From an uncultured Nitrososphaerota archaeon (GTDB lineage: Archaea > Thermoproteota > Nitrososphaeria > Nitrososphaerales > Gagatemarchaeaceae), in contig CAVRAG010000008.1 of the NCBI GenBank assembly GCA_963718895.1, forward strand, positions 1,184,001-1,248,000: a stretch of DNA of 64,000 bases, written 5' to 3'. Shown here piece after piece: positions 46,785-57,047 of the stretch. Each line of letters starts with the position of its first letter. The first letter of the stretch is position 1. The notes beneath the pieces are model-generated. The model was not told where the DNA came from. It made no database searches and saw nothing but the letters and a program-made list of their open reading frames with translations. Both the position numbers and the translations under genes were made by a program.

Positions 46785-49021
46785 CACCCTCCTTCGAAGA
46801 TTATCGCGTTCTCGCCGCAGTCCGGGCACGTACCCCCTTGCACGAGTGGGGAGCTTGCCTCTTTGGTCACGCGCCCCGCCACCAGAACCTCCAGCGCCTT
46901 GGCGGTCGCGTCGGGGATTGACAGCAGCTGTACGCCCTCATCCCAGGAGACGTACTTGCCTCTGATGCCCTTCATCATCCTTATGACATTCTGTATGTCT
47001 CCTCCGTGCTGCAGGTAGAGGCTGATGAGACGTCCTATCGCCTCGGCGTCAGCCTTCTCGTCCCCGCCGAGCTTGCCAAGGGTTACGAAGACCTCCTTGA
47101 GCGCGCCCGCCTCGTCGGTGTTCGCGGTCACGTACAGGCTGCCCTGGGGGAGCTTGAGCTTCAGCGTCCTGCCGATCAGCACCTTCGGCCTCTCGAACTC
47201 GGACATGGTCTTCTGTTCCGTCTTCTTGTCGACGTTCTTGGTCTCGAGGATCCCCTCCCTGCTCCCCTCGCGATAGATCGTTATGCCCTTGCAGCCGAGC
47301 TTCCACGCGAGGAAGTAGATCTTCTCGACCTCTTCAGTGGAGATGTCCTGGGGCAGGTTGACAGTGCTGGAAATCGCAGTGTCGATGTGCTTCTGGATCG
47401 CGGCCTGCATCCTGACCCTCATCTCCGGTCTTATCTGGTGGGACGTGACGAAGTAGGACGGCAGCTGCCTCTCGTCGGTGATCCGGTGCACCTGCATGTA
47501 GTCCTTGACGAGCGGATGGAAGACCTTGAACTCACCCTCGCTCAGCGATTTGCTCCTCCGGGTGTAGGAGAGGGCGAAGACCGGCTCGACGCCGCTCGAG
47601 CACGCCGCGAGTATCGAGCCTGAGCCGACTGGCGGCACGGTCGTCACCGCCGAGTTCCTGATGCCCTGGGTCTTGATCTTCTCCTTCACCTTCTGGTCGA
47701 GCCTCTGGATGAACGGCTGTGCGAGGTGTTTCTCAGCGTCGAAGGCCGGGGCCGGCCCCTTCTCCGCGGCCAGGTCGGTCGAGTAGTCGTAGATTACGTT
47801 CTTGATGCGCTCGAAGAGCTTGTCGACGAACTCCACCGTCGCCTCGTCGTCATATTTCAGGCCGAGCTTGATCAGCATGTCGCCCAGACCTGTTATCCCA
47901 ACCCCAATCCTCCTGCTCCAGAGAGACGCCTGCCGCTGCTGCGGGAGGGGGTGTCTGTCGGCGTTGTAGTCCAGCACATTGTCCAGGAACCTCGTCGCGT
48001 AGTGAGAGGCCTGCACCAGCCCGTCCCAGTCGATGCTGGCTCGTTCGGTGAACGCGTCCTTCACGAAGTAGGACAGGTTCACAGACCCAAGGCAGCAGCA
48101 GCCATAGTTCTCGAGCGTCTGCTCGCTACAGGGGTTCACCCCCTGCACTTCCATGTTGTTGTACTCGGTCGTGGAGTCCCTCTTTATCGTGTCCCAGAAG
48201 AGCAGACCCGGCTCGTCACTCTGCCACGCCGCCTTCACCAGCTGGCTCCAGATCGTCCTCGCCTTCACGGTCTTGTGGAAGTCGACTCGTTCGTTCTTGA
48301 AGCGAAGCTCGAAGTCGGTGTCTCCCTCCACGGCCTTCATGAATTCGTCCGTCATCTTGACTGAGACGTTCGCGTAGTTGACCTTCTTGAGGTCCTTCTT
48401 GACGTTGATGAAGTCGAGTACGTCAGGGTGATCGACCCTTATGGAGATCATCAGGGCACCCCTCCTCCCGGCCTGCCCAATCGTGCCTGTGGTCGTGGAG
48501 AGCAGCTCCATGAAGGAGACTGATCCGGTGCTGTATATCGCGGAGTTGTTCACCGGTGAGCCGCGCGGCCTGAGGATGGATATGTCGGTGCCGACCCCCC
48601 CTCCGAAGCTGTACGTCCGCGCAGCTTCCTTGCACCAGTCGAAGATCGCCTCTATCGAATCCTCCTTAATCTTGAAGAAGTAACAGTTCAGAAGAGTAGC
48701 CCTCCTCGGCTGCCCTGCGCCGAAGAGAATCCTTCCTCCGGGTACAAACTTGAAGTCCTCCAGGAGCCAGTAGAACTTCTCGGTCCACTCCTTCCTCTTC
48801 TCCGGCTCTTCGACCGAGGCCAGCTCGCGCGCCACCCTTAGCCAGAGCTGGTCAGGGGTCTTCTCCACCTGTTTTCCGCCCGCGTCTCTGAGCGCATACT
48901 TCTCGTAGAACACCCTCGACCTTAGCTCGTCTCCGCCGAAGACGTCCAGGGTCTCCTGAGGTAGAGTGATTTCCTCCTTCTGTCCCTTCTCCGAGTCTTC
49001 CGGTTTTTCTATTGCAGTCAT
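46745..49021 (-). CDS. nrdJ: Adenosylcobalamin-dependent (class II) ribonucleotide reductase
   Basis: PGGRIL, LLNCY, GRRGALM, NPCSEQ, CCLGS, SSGVEP, KGITIYR; C-terminal Zn ribbon. Confidence 0.93.
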   Translation of the reverse strand: MTAIEKPEDSEKGQKEEITLPQETLDVFGGDELRSRVFYEKYALRDAGGKQVEKTPDQLWLRVARELASVEEPEKRKEWTEKFYWLLEDFKFVPGGRILFGAGQPRRATLLNCYFFKIKEDSIEAIFDWCKEAARTYSFGGGVGTDISILRPRGSPVNNSAIYSTGSVSFMELLSTTTGTIGQAGRRGALMISIRVDHPDVLDFINVKKDLKKVNYANVSVKMTDEFMKAVEGDTDFELRFKNERVDFHKTVKARTIWSQLVKAAWQSDEPGLLFWDTIKRDSTTEYNNMEVQGVNPCSEQTLENYGCCCLGSVNLSYFVKDAFTERASIDWDGLVQASHYATRFLDNVLDYNADRHPLPQQRQASLWSRRIGVGITGLGDMLIKLGLKYDDEATVEFVDKLFERIKNVIYDYSTDLAAEKGPAPAFDAEKHLAQPFIQRLDQKVKEKIKTQGIRNSAVTTVPPVGSGSILAACSSGVEPVFALSYTRRSKSLSEGEFKVFHPLVKDYMQVHRITDERQLPSYFVTSHQIRPEMRVRMQAAIQKHIDTAISSTVNLPQDISTEEVEKIYFLAWKLGCKGITIYREGSREGILETKNVDKKTEQKTMSEFERPKVLIGRTLKLKLPQGSLYVTANTDEAGALKEVFVTLGKLGGDEKADAEAIGRLISLYLQHGGDIQNVIRMMKGIRGKYVSWDEGVQLLSIPDATAKALEVLVAGRVTKEASSPLVQGGTCPDCGENAIIFEGGCYKCTSCGYSKCE

Positions 49022-49157
49022 TATGTACCACTTATTGCGAATTGCGCACTTTCACCCATTGCAGGTATATATCTCTACGACGCGAGATTGAAGTTGACCT
49101 GCGACGTTCTCTGCATGCTGAATCGGGAGTCAGTGAGACGCTCTTGGGTGAATTAAT

Positions 49158-49174
49158 ATTGACTTGTAGTCAAT
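49158..49174. promoter_or_regulatory. Inverted repeat ATTGACT-N3-AGTCAAT between the NrdD-like gene and nrdJ (operator or terminator)
   Basis: Perfect 7-bp arms read directly. Confidence 0.4.
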
Positions 49175-49189
49175 CGAATTTGTCATAAT

Positions 49190-51274
49190 TCATTCGGCCG
49201 TCGAGTAAAGAGTCGTCGCGGTTGACTTGCACTTCTTGCACCTTCCCGAGTCTGGCGGGAGCTTCGCTCCACAGTTCCTGCAGAACGAGACGGGTCTGTG
49301 CACCCTGAAGAACGGGATGCTCGAGGAGGCGGCCAGCATCATCTGGTAGGTTCCCCTGAGATCTGCCGCCGAGGCGTCGAGAATCACCGAGAAGCCCCCA
49401 GCGAGACCTCCGGAGAGCTTCGTGACATACTCGATCTTCTCCTGGTTCTGCAGGTCCTCGGGCGAGAGCCTCGGCGAGAGGGAGTAGCCCTGGCGGCCTC
49501 CCGCCTGTAGGCTGGCCTTGCCGTACTTCTCGGCATCAAGCGCCGCAAGCCTCTGGGCGCCCTCTTCCTCGATTATCGCGACACCGAGCCTCGCGTTCTT
49601 CGCTGATTTCTCCGAGGAGACTTGCGAAGCGGTCTGGATGATCTTCTCGGCAATCGACGACCTGGCCCCCAGGGAAGGGTCCTTCGTCAGGTTCGAGAGG
49701 GCTTCCTCTAGGCCGACGAGGTTCATCACCAGAGGCATGGCGTCTGTGCTCACCCCCTCTGAGCCGAAGCTGAGCGTCGGTAGGAGGCCCTTCTTCATGA
49801 CGCGCTCCAGGACCATCCTCCTTGTGGTGAGCGCGTCGGCCGCCACCCCTATGAGCATTGCCAGCTTCGCCCTGAAGTAGGTCTCATCCTGGTTCGAGTC
49901 GTAGGAGAGCCGCGGCAGGTTGAGGCTGAGGTTGTGGAGGACGCTGACGTGGTCCCCCTGGAGCTCGGCGGGGAGGATGTCGGGGTTGATTCCCAGCGAG
50001 CTTCTCTTCTGGCCGGACGGGAAGAGCGCAATCCTTCCTCCTGCGAAGATCGTGGAAGCCGCGTCCTTCAGGAACCTGTTGTCGTCCTCCTTGAGCTTCG
50101 CCAGCAGTATCCTGACCTCAGGCCTGGGTACCTGGTCAACCAATCCCCTGTATGCTTCGAGGGTGGCGTCGAGCACCTTCTCTATGAGTTCCCTTCCGGT
50201 CTCGTCCTTGACGTACGGGTCGAGCTCTAGCGCGATCATCGGCCTCTGGGAGGAGGGGAGCTGCGAGGAGGCCTGGTCGAGGAACCTGAGGATAGCGTCG
50301 ACGATCTCGTGCTTCGTCTTGGAGCGGGTGAACGGGGCGAGGTACTGGAGGAAGTTCCTGTACACTATCTCGACGGAAGCCTCCCTCCTGATCAGGGAAG
50401 TGATGTTGGATATTATCGTCATGGCGGACTCCAGCCCTTCGGGGCTCGGTATGATTGGGGCGTAGGGGAGCCTGCCCTTCGGGTTGAACCCCGACGCCCT
50501 CACAGAGAGGAGGTCGACGAATATCGTATCCGGCGTCAGCCCCCAGCTTCCCGCGTCGGCGATGTGGATGTCACCAGCCAGATGAGCGTCTGCGACATCG
50601 CGCGGAATCTGCTCCAGGAGGAGGTACTCGGAGAAGACAGACTTACCGGTCTGGTGAAGCAGCGACTCCACGTCGCTCCCGTCGTCTCCGGCCCTCGCCA
50701 GCAGCTGGGTGACGTCGTAGACCGGCAGCCCGAGGCGCGTAAGCTTGTGCCGATACTCCTCGAGGTTGTGCTCGACCAGGAGCGAGTTGACCATCTCGCG
50801 GATGAGCGGTGCGGTCAGATACTGGGTCTGGAACTTGTAGAGCCGCGACTCTGTCTCGCTTGTTATCTTCTGCGCGAGCTCGACGGGCATCCCCGCCTCC
50901 TTGACCAGGGATTGCAGGATCTTGTCGGCGTTGAACTCCTCCATCGCTTGCCGGGACGACCTTACGTAGAGCTTTCCGCTCTCGACCAGGGACTGTTCCT
51001 CGATCTGGCGCGTCAGGTTCAAGACCAGCCGCCCCAGGTTGGTCACGGTGTACTTCCTCTCCTGCCTGTTGAGCTGTATCAGGAGCTGCCTCACGAGCTT
51101 CCTCAGGTGATAAGCGAACTTCCCGGACTCCTTCTTCGACTTGAAACCTGCGAGCGTCTTGAGGGCGCTGTAGGTCAGGGGGCCCTTGACGTTCAGAATC
51201 TTCAGAATCTCCAGTCGCTGAGGTGATGCGATTACACTGTAGATCGTCTTGACTCTTCGCGGTGCTGCTTGCAA
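49190..51274 (-). CDS. Winged-helix + ATP-cone + degenerate NrdD-like protein
   Basis: N-term HTH (SGKFAYHLRKL), ATP cone (EEFNADKILQSLVKEA...LTAPLIREMV), AHLAGDIHI, SLNLPRL; no C-terminal RxxGY. Confidence 0.8.
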   Translation of the reverse strand: MQAAPRRVKTIYSVIASPQRLEILKILNVKGPLTYSALKTLAGFKSKKESGKFAYHLRKLVRQLLIQLNRQERKYTVTNLGRLVLNLTRQIEEQSLVESGKLYVRSSRQAMEEFNADKILQSLVKEAGMPVELAQKITSETESRLYKFQTQYLTAPLIREMVNSLLVEHNLEEYRHKLTRLGLPVYDVTQLLARAGDDGSDVESLLHQTGKSVFSEYLLLEQIPRDVADAHLAGDIHIADAGSWGLTPDTIFVDLLSVRASGFNPKGRLPYAPIIPSPEGLESAMTIISNITSLIRREASVEIVYRNFLQYLAPFTRSKTKHEIVDAILRFLDQASSQLPSSQRPMIALELDPYVKDETGRELIEKVLDATLEAYRGLVDQVPRPEVRILLAKLKEDDNRFLKDAASTIFAGGRIALFPSGQKRSSLGINPDILPAELQGDHVSVLHNLSLNLPRLSYDSNQDETYFRAKLAMLIGVAADALTTRRMVLERVMKKGLLPTLSFGSEGVSTDAMPLVMNLVGLEEALSNLTKDPSLGARSSIAEKIIQTASQVSSEKSAKNARLGVAIIEEEGAQRLAALDAEKYGKASLQAGGRQGYSLSPRLSPEDLQNQEKIEYVTKLSGGLAGGFSVILDASAADLRGTYQMMLAASSSIPFFRVHRPVSFCRNCGAKLPPDSGRCKKCKSTATTLYSTAE

Positions 51275-51375
51275 CTCAGCTGTGGCTCTGGGTCAAATGT
51301 ATTTAATCATGCCTCGGGTTCTGGTCAAACAAATTCGACACCTGCGTGGAGCAAGACCCCCCGCGACGCCGGGTC

Positions 51376-52314
51376 TCAGACTCTAGGGAAGAGCTCAGGC
51401 AGGGCTGAGCGCGCCGCTACGCCCAGGCGGGCTGCATCATCTTCCGATATGCCCTCATAGGGCCACCTCAGGCGGGTGAACAACCCCGGCAGCCAGCCTC
51501 CGGCCACCGCCATGCCTTTGTCCGCTGCCATGTTGGGGAATTTCTTCACCGTGATGTACGGTAGAACCTCCTGGGAGAAGAAGCGTTCTATCCTGTGCCC
51601 GAGCTCCAACCCCTCTTCCGGGTTTTGGCGGCAGAGTTCGTACCATCTCTGAGCTCCTCGGGGGCTCAGGCAGGCGACGTTGGAGTAGGCTCCGTGGGCT
51701 CCGCGCTTCAGGCCGGTCGCCAACGTGTGACCTGGAATGAAGACGGAGATGCGGTCGAGCACGGGCCGCATCTCTTCGAACCAGACAGCATCGCCGCCCG
51801 CCACCTTTATTCCGACCACGCCGGGATGGCGTTCCACGATCTCGATCCATTCCGCTGGGACGAGGTTTCGCTTGGCGTGAGGCGGGTTATAGAGGATCAG
51901 CGGAATAGGATCCGCCGCCGCCTCCATGACCTCGAGGAAGCGGTGTATGTCACCCATCGTCGGGGGAAACCAGTCCGGGAGGATGACCTGAAATCCCGAG
52001 GGCTCCCAGTCTCGAGCCCGGCGCAGGCGAGCGAGGGAGAGCTGCGGGCTCATGTGAGAGACCCCAATCTGGAAAGGAAGCCGCAGACGCTCGCATCCCT
52101 CTGCCAGGATCTGGTTCACAGAGTCGAATTCAGATTCCGTCTGGGTGTAGAATTCCCCCGCAGTGCCGTTGGAATAGACGCCGTTGACCCCTGCGGCACC
52201 GAAGTGGCCGATCTCGGTCTCCAGAAGACCATAGTCGATGGATTGATCGGCCCGGATTGGTAGAAGAAGGGTCGCCCAGTTTCCGCGTATCTCCGAAGAG
52301 CGAAGCGGGTTCAA
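51376..52314 (-). CDS. Dihydrodipicolinate synthase (DapA-like) family aldolase
   Basis: GTAGEF, ILYNPP, VVGIK. Confidence 0.88.
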   Translation of the reverse strand: MNPLRSSEIRGNWATLLLPIRADQSIDYGLLETEIGHFGAAGVNGVYSNGTAGEFYTQTESEFDSVNQILAEGCERLRLPFQIGVSHMSPQLSLARLRRARDWEPSGFQVILPDWFPPTMGDIHRFLEVMEAAADPIPLILYNPPHAKRNLVPAEWIEIVERHPGVVGIKVAGGDAVWFEEMRPVLDRISVFIPGHTLATGLKRGAHGAYSNVACLSPRGAQRWYELCRQNPEEGLELGHRIERFFSQEVLPYITVKKFPNMAADKGMAVAGGWLPGLFTRLRWPYEGISEDDAARLGVAARSALPELFPRV

Positions 52315-52418
52315 GGTTTCGGGCGCCCCGACCCTTCCGGAGATGCGGTCGACCTAGGGAGGATGCCTGCCCCGGTCCCGTTCCATCCCGTCGGGTCCCT
52401 CACGGTCGAAACCCTGTC

Positions 52419-54467
52419 TCAGCCGGTGACCGGGACCGGATCAGGAATCTTCTTGCTCATCAGCTCGAGCTCGCTGGTAGTGTGCGTCCTGCTTCCCTTG
52501 AAGGGCGTGAACAATCGGCCCCCTCCGTGAAGGTACTTCGAAAAGTGCTCGACATAGATCAACCTCGCACCCTGTATCCCGGGCTCGAGTATGCCCAGCA
52601 CGAGGTTGAAGATGTGCCCTGCGACCAGAAGCACGATTCCCCCTATGGCGAAGCCGATGCCGCCTAGCATGAGGCCGGGTTCGGCCGAGGTTCCGACGGC
52701 CTCCTTGTCTATCACATATGCGAGCACGAAGGAGGCCAGGAGTATCCCCAGCAACCTCGTGTACGAGATCATGTGGCTGACGATGGTCGGCAGCTCCACG
52801 AGTGATTGGGGACCCTCGCCGTAGGCGATCAACGCCAATCCCACCACAGCCATCCCGATGTAGACCCCTCCGAGAGGATTGGAGGTGGGGACGATGGTGC
52901 CGTGATGCAGCATCGTCAGTCCGATCAGTGCGATTCCCCAGGCCTCGAACAGCCACCCCAGCTTCGCCACGATGTGCTTCCTCTCTTGCATCCAGTAGCC
53001 GTTGACCATGCCCAGCACCAGCCCGAACGAGACCATGAACAGGCCGATGTATCCCGAGTAGAGTAAAAGCGTCTTCAACCCCCTAGTCGACAGCGGATCG
53101 AGGAACGTCCCGTTCGAGGGGAGGTTCGTGTGTAGGTTGGAGTTGAGGTACGAGAAGAGATACTGATTCAGCTGGAACCCGAAGTATGCGTTGACGAGGA
53201 AGCCCATCACGATCCCGACCATGCAGCCGAGGATCATCGCCATGGATAGTTTCCTGAACTGGGGCGGCTTGAGAATCTTCGACGCGAAGGACCTCAGCGC
53301 CACAGGGATCACCGTCCTTCTGTCCGGATGGTTGACCCTCCTTATGATCCAGACGGAGATCAACAGGATGGCCACCGCATATCCGACGTCCCCCAGCATC
53401 ATCCCGAAGAACACGGGGAATGCGAACGCGAATATTATGCTCGGATCGACCTCGTTCGACAGCGGGACCTGGTAGAACCGGATGAACGATTCGAAGAACT
53501 TCAGCCTCTTCGGGGTCTCCATCAGAGTCGGAGGCTTCGTGTCCTGTTCGATGGTGAAGAACGAGCTCGAGCTGGCGTGGCTTGTGAGTATCTCCTTGAA
53601 CTCCGGGAGGCGCCGGCTTGGCACCCATCCCTCCAGGACGAAGGTGTTGTCGGTGAAACCGAAGTTGTTCAGGACCTCGAGCTTCTTTGCCTCGATGGAG
53701 AGCTGCTCCTCCACGACGGACATGATGCCGTAGTGCTTCTCCGAGAGAGCGCGCAGCTGCGCGTTCGTCTTGACGAGCTCGGCCTCCTTGAGCCTCTTCT
53801 CCTCTCCGAGCGCAACGAGCAGGTCTGCCGGCTTGCCGGTCATCGGAGGGATCGGTTGCAGCCGGAGGTCGGCCTTCTGCACGATTGCGCCGAACTTCTC
53901 CAGGTCCGCCTTAGGAACCACCACCACGAGACGGACGGGGTCGGTCCCTGATGAGTAGGGCATGACGCCCTGCATCGGGGCCAGGTCGGTCAGGAGCTGC
54001 TGGTACGGCTTTGTGGGGAGTACCCCGAAGAACGAGGTCGCGCTCTCCAGGTCCAAGATGCTGAGGTCTCCGTTGATGAACGAGAGGTTCGTGACCAGTT
54101 CCATCCTGTTCCTCAGCTCGTCGAGGCGCAGCGAGAGCTGGTCCTGGGACTGCTTGAGCCGGGAGACTTCGTCGTCAATCCCGATCGATTTCGAGGTCTG
54201 CATGACCTCGGTGAACGACCCGAACCCCCTCTTCTCCGCGACCGTGGTCGGTGGCAGAGCGGCCTTGAGCGACCTTATCCTAAGAAGCTCCTGGGAGACG
54301 CCCCTCGCGTCGTCGGTCTCGAGCTCGGCCCTGAGATAGGCCTGTGACGACTTGGAGAGGGGCTCGATCTGGATGGCACCGAGGTCGTAGAGGATCGAGA
54401 CGACCTTCTGCCTTTCCTCGCGAAGGCCCACCACCGCTATCTTTTCCATCCGGGCGGGCTTCAGCAA
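52419..54467 (-). CDS. atpI: A/V-type ATP synthase subunit I
   Basis: FFGMMLGDVGY, ISYTRL, RLIYVEHFSK. Confidence 0.95.
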   Translation of the reverse strand: MLKPARMEKIAVVGLREERQKVVSILYDLGAIQIEPLSKSSQAYLRAELETDDARGVSQELLRIRSLKAALPPTTVAEKRGFGSFTEVMQTSKSIGIDDEVSRLKQSQDQLSLRLDELRNRMELVTNLSFINGDLSILDLESATSFFGVLPTKPYQQLLTDLAPMQGVMPYSSGTDPVRLVVVVPKADLEKFGAIVQKADLRLQPIPPMTGKPADLLVALGEEKRLKEAELVKTNAQLRALSEKHYGIMSVVEEQLSIEAKKLEVLNNFGFTDNTFVLEGWVPSRRLPEFKEILTSHASSSSFFTIEQDTKPPTLMETPKRLKFFESFIRFYQVPLSNEVDPSIIFAFAFPVFFGMMLGDVGYAVAILLISVWIIRRVNHPDRRTVIPVALRSFASKILKPPQFRKLSMAMILGCMVGIVMGFLVNAYFGFQLNQYLFSYLNSNLHTNLPSNGTFLDPLSTRGLKTLLLYSGYIGLFMVSFGLVLGMVNGYWMQERKHIVAKLGWLFEAWGIALIGLTMLHHGTIVPTSNPLGGVYIGMAVVGLALIAYGEGPQSLVELPTIVSHMISYTRLLGILLASFVLAYVIDKEAVGTSAEPGLMLGGIGFAIGGIVLLVAGHIFNLVLGILEPGIQGARLIYVEHFSKYLHGGGRLFTPFKGSRTHTTSELELMSKKIPDPVPVTG

Positions 54468-54470
54468 CGG

Positions 54471-54809
54471 CTAGTCCTCCTTGAACTCGGATAGCAGGAC
54501 GTCGTCTACGATCTTCCGGAACTCCTTCTTGTCGAGTCTCATCGCGGCGATCTTTTCCACGTCCTTCGCTGCCGTGGACAGGAGCTTCTCTGCCTCGGAC
54601 TGCGCGGCGGATCGCGCAGTCTCTACCGACCTCGCTTCGAAGGCCTCGGCTTCGCCCTTGGCTTCCTCGATGGAACGCGCAGACTCCTCCTCCAGCTTGG
54701 TCAGCTCCTCCTCGAGCGCCTTCCTCCGCGCCGCCAGCTCTGTAGCAGCTGAGACTTCGGTCTCCTTCAGCTTCCTCAGCGTCTCCGCGTAGTCGTTGGA
54801 CGTGGACAT
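54471..54809 (-). CDS. atpH: A/V-type ATP synthase subunit H (G)
   Basis: Charged coiled coil located between D and I. Confidence 0.7.
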   Translation of the reverse strand: MSTSNDYAETLRKLKETEVSAATELAARRKALEEELTKLEEESARSIEEAKGEAEAFEARSVETARSAAQSEAEKLLSTAAKDVEKIAAMRLDKKEFRKIVDDVLLSEFKED

Positions 54810-54813
54810 TATC

Positions 54814-55011
54814 TCAAATCATCCCCGCAATCAAGAGAAAGAGCGCCAGTACCGCCGCTACCTTGGCGATGTTGAAGCCAGTCATCACCAGCCGAAGCTT
54901 CCTCTGTTCCCTGTTGACGGAGCCCTGCCGAGTAACTGCCTCTGGGGTCTCCGAGAGATGGCCACGGGCTGGCGTTCCTAGCCTCGGCCCCTGTGGATTC
55001 TCCTCAGACAT
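54814..55011 (-). CDS. Small single-TM protein within the ATPase operon
   Basis: 65 aa with C-terminal TM; overlaps the atpD stop. Confidence 0.5.
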   Translation of the reverse strand: MSEENPQGPRLGTPARGHLSETPEAVTRQGSVNREQRKLRLVMTGFNIAKVAAVLALFLLIAGMI

Positions 55012-55639
55012 GCTCCACTTCCTTCCTCTTGGCCATCTTCCTCTTCACGTTCTTCAGCTTCGTGAAATTCTCCCTCTCCATCTCGTCGAACCTGAGTTTA
55101 ATGTACCTCGCGGTGGCCTCCAAGCGAGGAATCAAGACGTTCTCAATTGCGTTCGAGCGCCTCTTCGTCTTCTCTATCTCAACGAGGAGTTTCCTCAGTG
55201 CGGTCTCCTTCTCGGCTACGTCGAGGACCATCTGGTGGACCTCCTGGAAGGCCTTGATCGACTGGTTGATCGCAACGGGGACCTCGATGAGGTACTCCTG
55301 GCCGGCGCCGCCCGATGCTTCCGTCGAGAGCTCGGGTATCTTTACTCCCATCACGTTCTTGCTCTTCACCGTCAGCTGGTGAATCCGTGGTATGCGCATC
55401 GACTCGTATTCCAGCCTCAACGGGCCGACGAACATCTCAGCGTTGTGGATGCCGTCATAGCCCCTGGCGAGCTTCGCCTGCAGACCGCTCCTCAAGCTGG
55501 CCACCGTCTTACTCATGTTGAAGAACTCGAGGATGAGCGCCGTCCTCTTGAGCTTGAGGAGCTTCAGTCCCTTGCGGGACATCGCGATCCTGCGAACTGT
55601 CCGCAGGTATTCCATTCTTGTAGGCCGGATGTTGCTCAC
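55004..55639 (-). CDS. atpD: A/V-type ATP synthase subunit D
   Basis: PTRME, LLKLKR, TKRRSNAIE, EMERENF. Confidence 0.95.
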   Translation of the reverse strand: MSNIRPTRMEYLRTVRRIAMSRKGLKLLKLKRTALILEFFNMSKTVASLRSGLQAKLARGYDGIHNAEMFVGPLRLEYESMRIPRIHQLTVKSKNVMGVKIPELSTEASGGAGQEYLIEVPVAINQSIKAFQEVHQMVLDVAEKETALRKLLVEIEKTKRRSNAIENVLIPRLEATARYIKLRFDEMERENFTKLKNVKRKMAKRKEVEHV

Positions 55640-55661
55640 GACTGGCAGTGTCTATCGCCGC

Positions 55662-57047
55662 CTACTTCGGAGCCTGTCTTCTCCGGTACTTCTCGATCAG
55701 TTCAGGCTTTATCCTCTTGATCTCGGAATCGGAGAGCGGGGATATCACCTCCCAGCCGAGGTCGAGGGTCTGCTCGATTGACCTGTCCTCGTTCAATCCC
55801 TGCCTCACGAACATCTTCTCGAACCTCTCGGCGACCTTCAGGAACTTCCTGTCGGTCTCGCTGAGCGCCTCCTCGCCGACGATGGCGGAGAGCGCGCGGA
55901 CGTCCTTCCCCTGCGCGTACGAGGCGTAGAGCTGGTCGGCCATCCCGCGATGGTCCTCGCGGGTCCTCTTCGGGCCGATCCCCTGGTTCATCAACCTGGA
56001 GAGGCTCTCGAGGACGTCGATGGGCGGGTAGATGCCGGACCTGTCGAGGTCCCTGCTGACATAGATCTGGCCCTCTGTGATGTAGCCGGTGAGGTCCGGA
56101 ATCGGATGGGTCTTGTCGTCTGCCGGCATGGTCAGAATCGGAATCTGGGTGATCGACCCCTTCCTCCCCTTGATCTTGCCCGCGCGTTCGTAGATGGTGG
56201 CGAGGTCGGTGTACATGTATCCGGGGTATCCTCTCCTCCCTGGGACTTCGCTGCGCGCGGCCGAGATCTCTCTCAGCGCTTCGCAGTAGTTGGTCATGTC
56301 GGTAAGTATGACAAGAACGTGTGACTCACTCTCGTAGGCCAGGTACTCGGCGGTCGTCAGGGCGAGTCTGGGAGTGAGGATCCTCTCCATGGCCGGGTCG
56401 GACGACAGGTTGAGGAAGAGGACCGTCCTCTGCAGCGCGCCCGTCTCCTCGAACTGCCGGATGAAGAAGTTGGCCTCCTCGCTGGTGATGCCCATCGCCG
56501 CGAAGACGACGGAGAAGTTCTCGGATGAGCTCAAGACCTTGGCCTGCCTCGCTATCTGCGCAGCGAGGACGTTGTGGGGGAGACCTGCCGCCGAGAAGAG
56601 CGGGAGCTTCTGTCCCCTGACCAGGGTGTTCATGCCGTCTATGCTCGAGATCCCTGTCTGGATGAACTCTGATGGTTCCTCCCTGCTGTAGGGGTTGATT
56701 CCTGACCCGACGATCTCCACCTTGTGCTTCGCGATGATGCCGGGGCCGCCGTCGCGCGGGTTCCCGAGCCCGTCGAAGGTCCTCCCGAGCATCTCGTCGG
56801 AGACCGAGATGCGGGCCGTCTCGCCGAGGAACCGGACGGACGTCCCCATGGTGCTCAGCCCCAGGGTTGCCCCGAAGACCTGGATCACGGCCAGACCTGC
56901 GCTCGAATCGAGCACCTGGCCGCGGACCCTCTCGCCCAGCGAGTTGGTCACCTCGACCATCTCGCCGTAGGACGCGTTCTGCACCTTGTCCACGAAGAGG
57001 AGAGGCCCTGCGACCTGCGAGACCGTCTTGTAGGAAATGGGTTCCAT
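55662..57047 (-). CDS. atpB: A/V-type ATP synthase subunit B
   Basis: [22 protein letters not shown]; start set at MEPISYK. Confidence 0.97.
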   Translation of the reverse strand: MEPISYKTVSQVAGPLLFVDKVQNASYGEMVEVTNSLGERVRGQVLDSSAGLAVIQVFGATLGLSTMGTSVRFLGETARISVSDEMLGRTFDGLGNPRDGGPGIIAKHKVEIVGSGINPYSREEPSEFIQTGISSIDGMNTLVRGQKLPLFSAAGLPHNVLAAQIARQAKVLSSSENFSVVFAAMGITSEEANFFIRQFEETGALQRTVLFLNLSSDPAMERILTPRLALTTAEYLAYESESHVLVILTDMTNYCEALREISAARSEVPGRRGYPGYMYTDLATIYERAGKIKGRKGSITQIPILTMPADDKTHPIPDLTGYITEGQIYVSRDLDRSGIYPPIDVLESLSRLMNQGIGPKRTREDHRGMADQLYASYAQGKDVRALSAIVGEEALSETDRKFLKVAERFEKMFVRQGLNEDRSIEQTLDLGWEVISPLSDSEIKRIKPELIEKYRRRQAPK

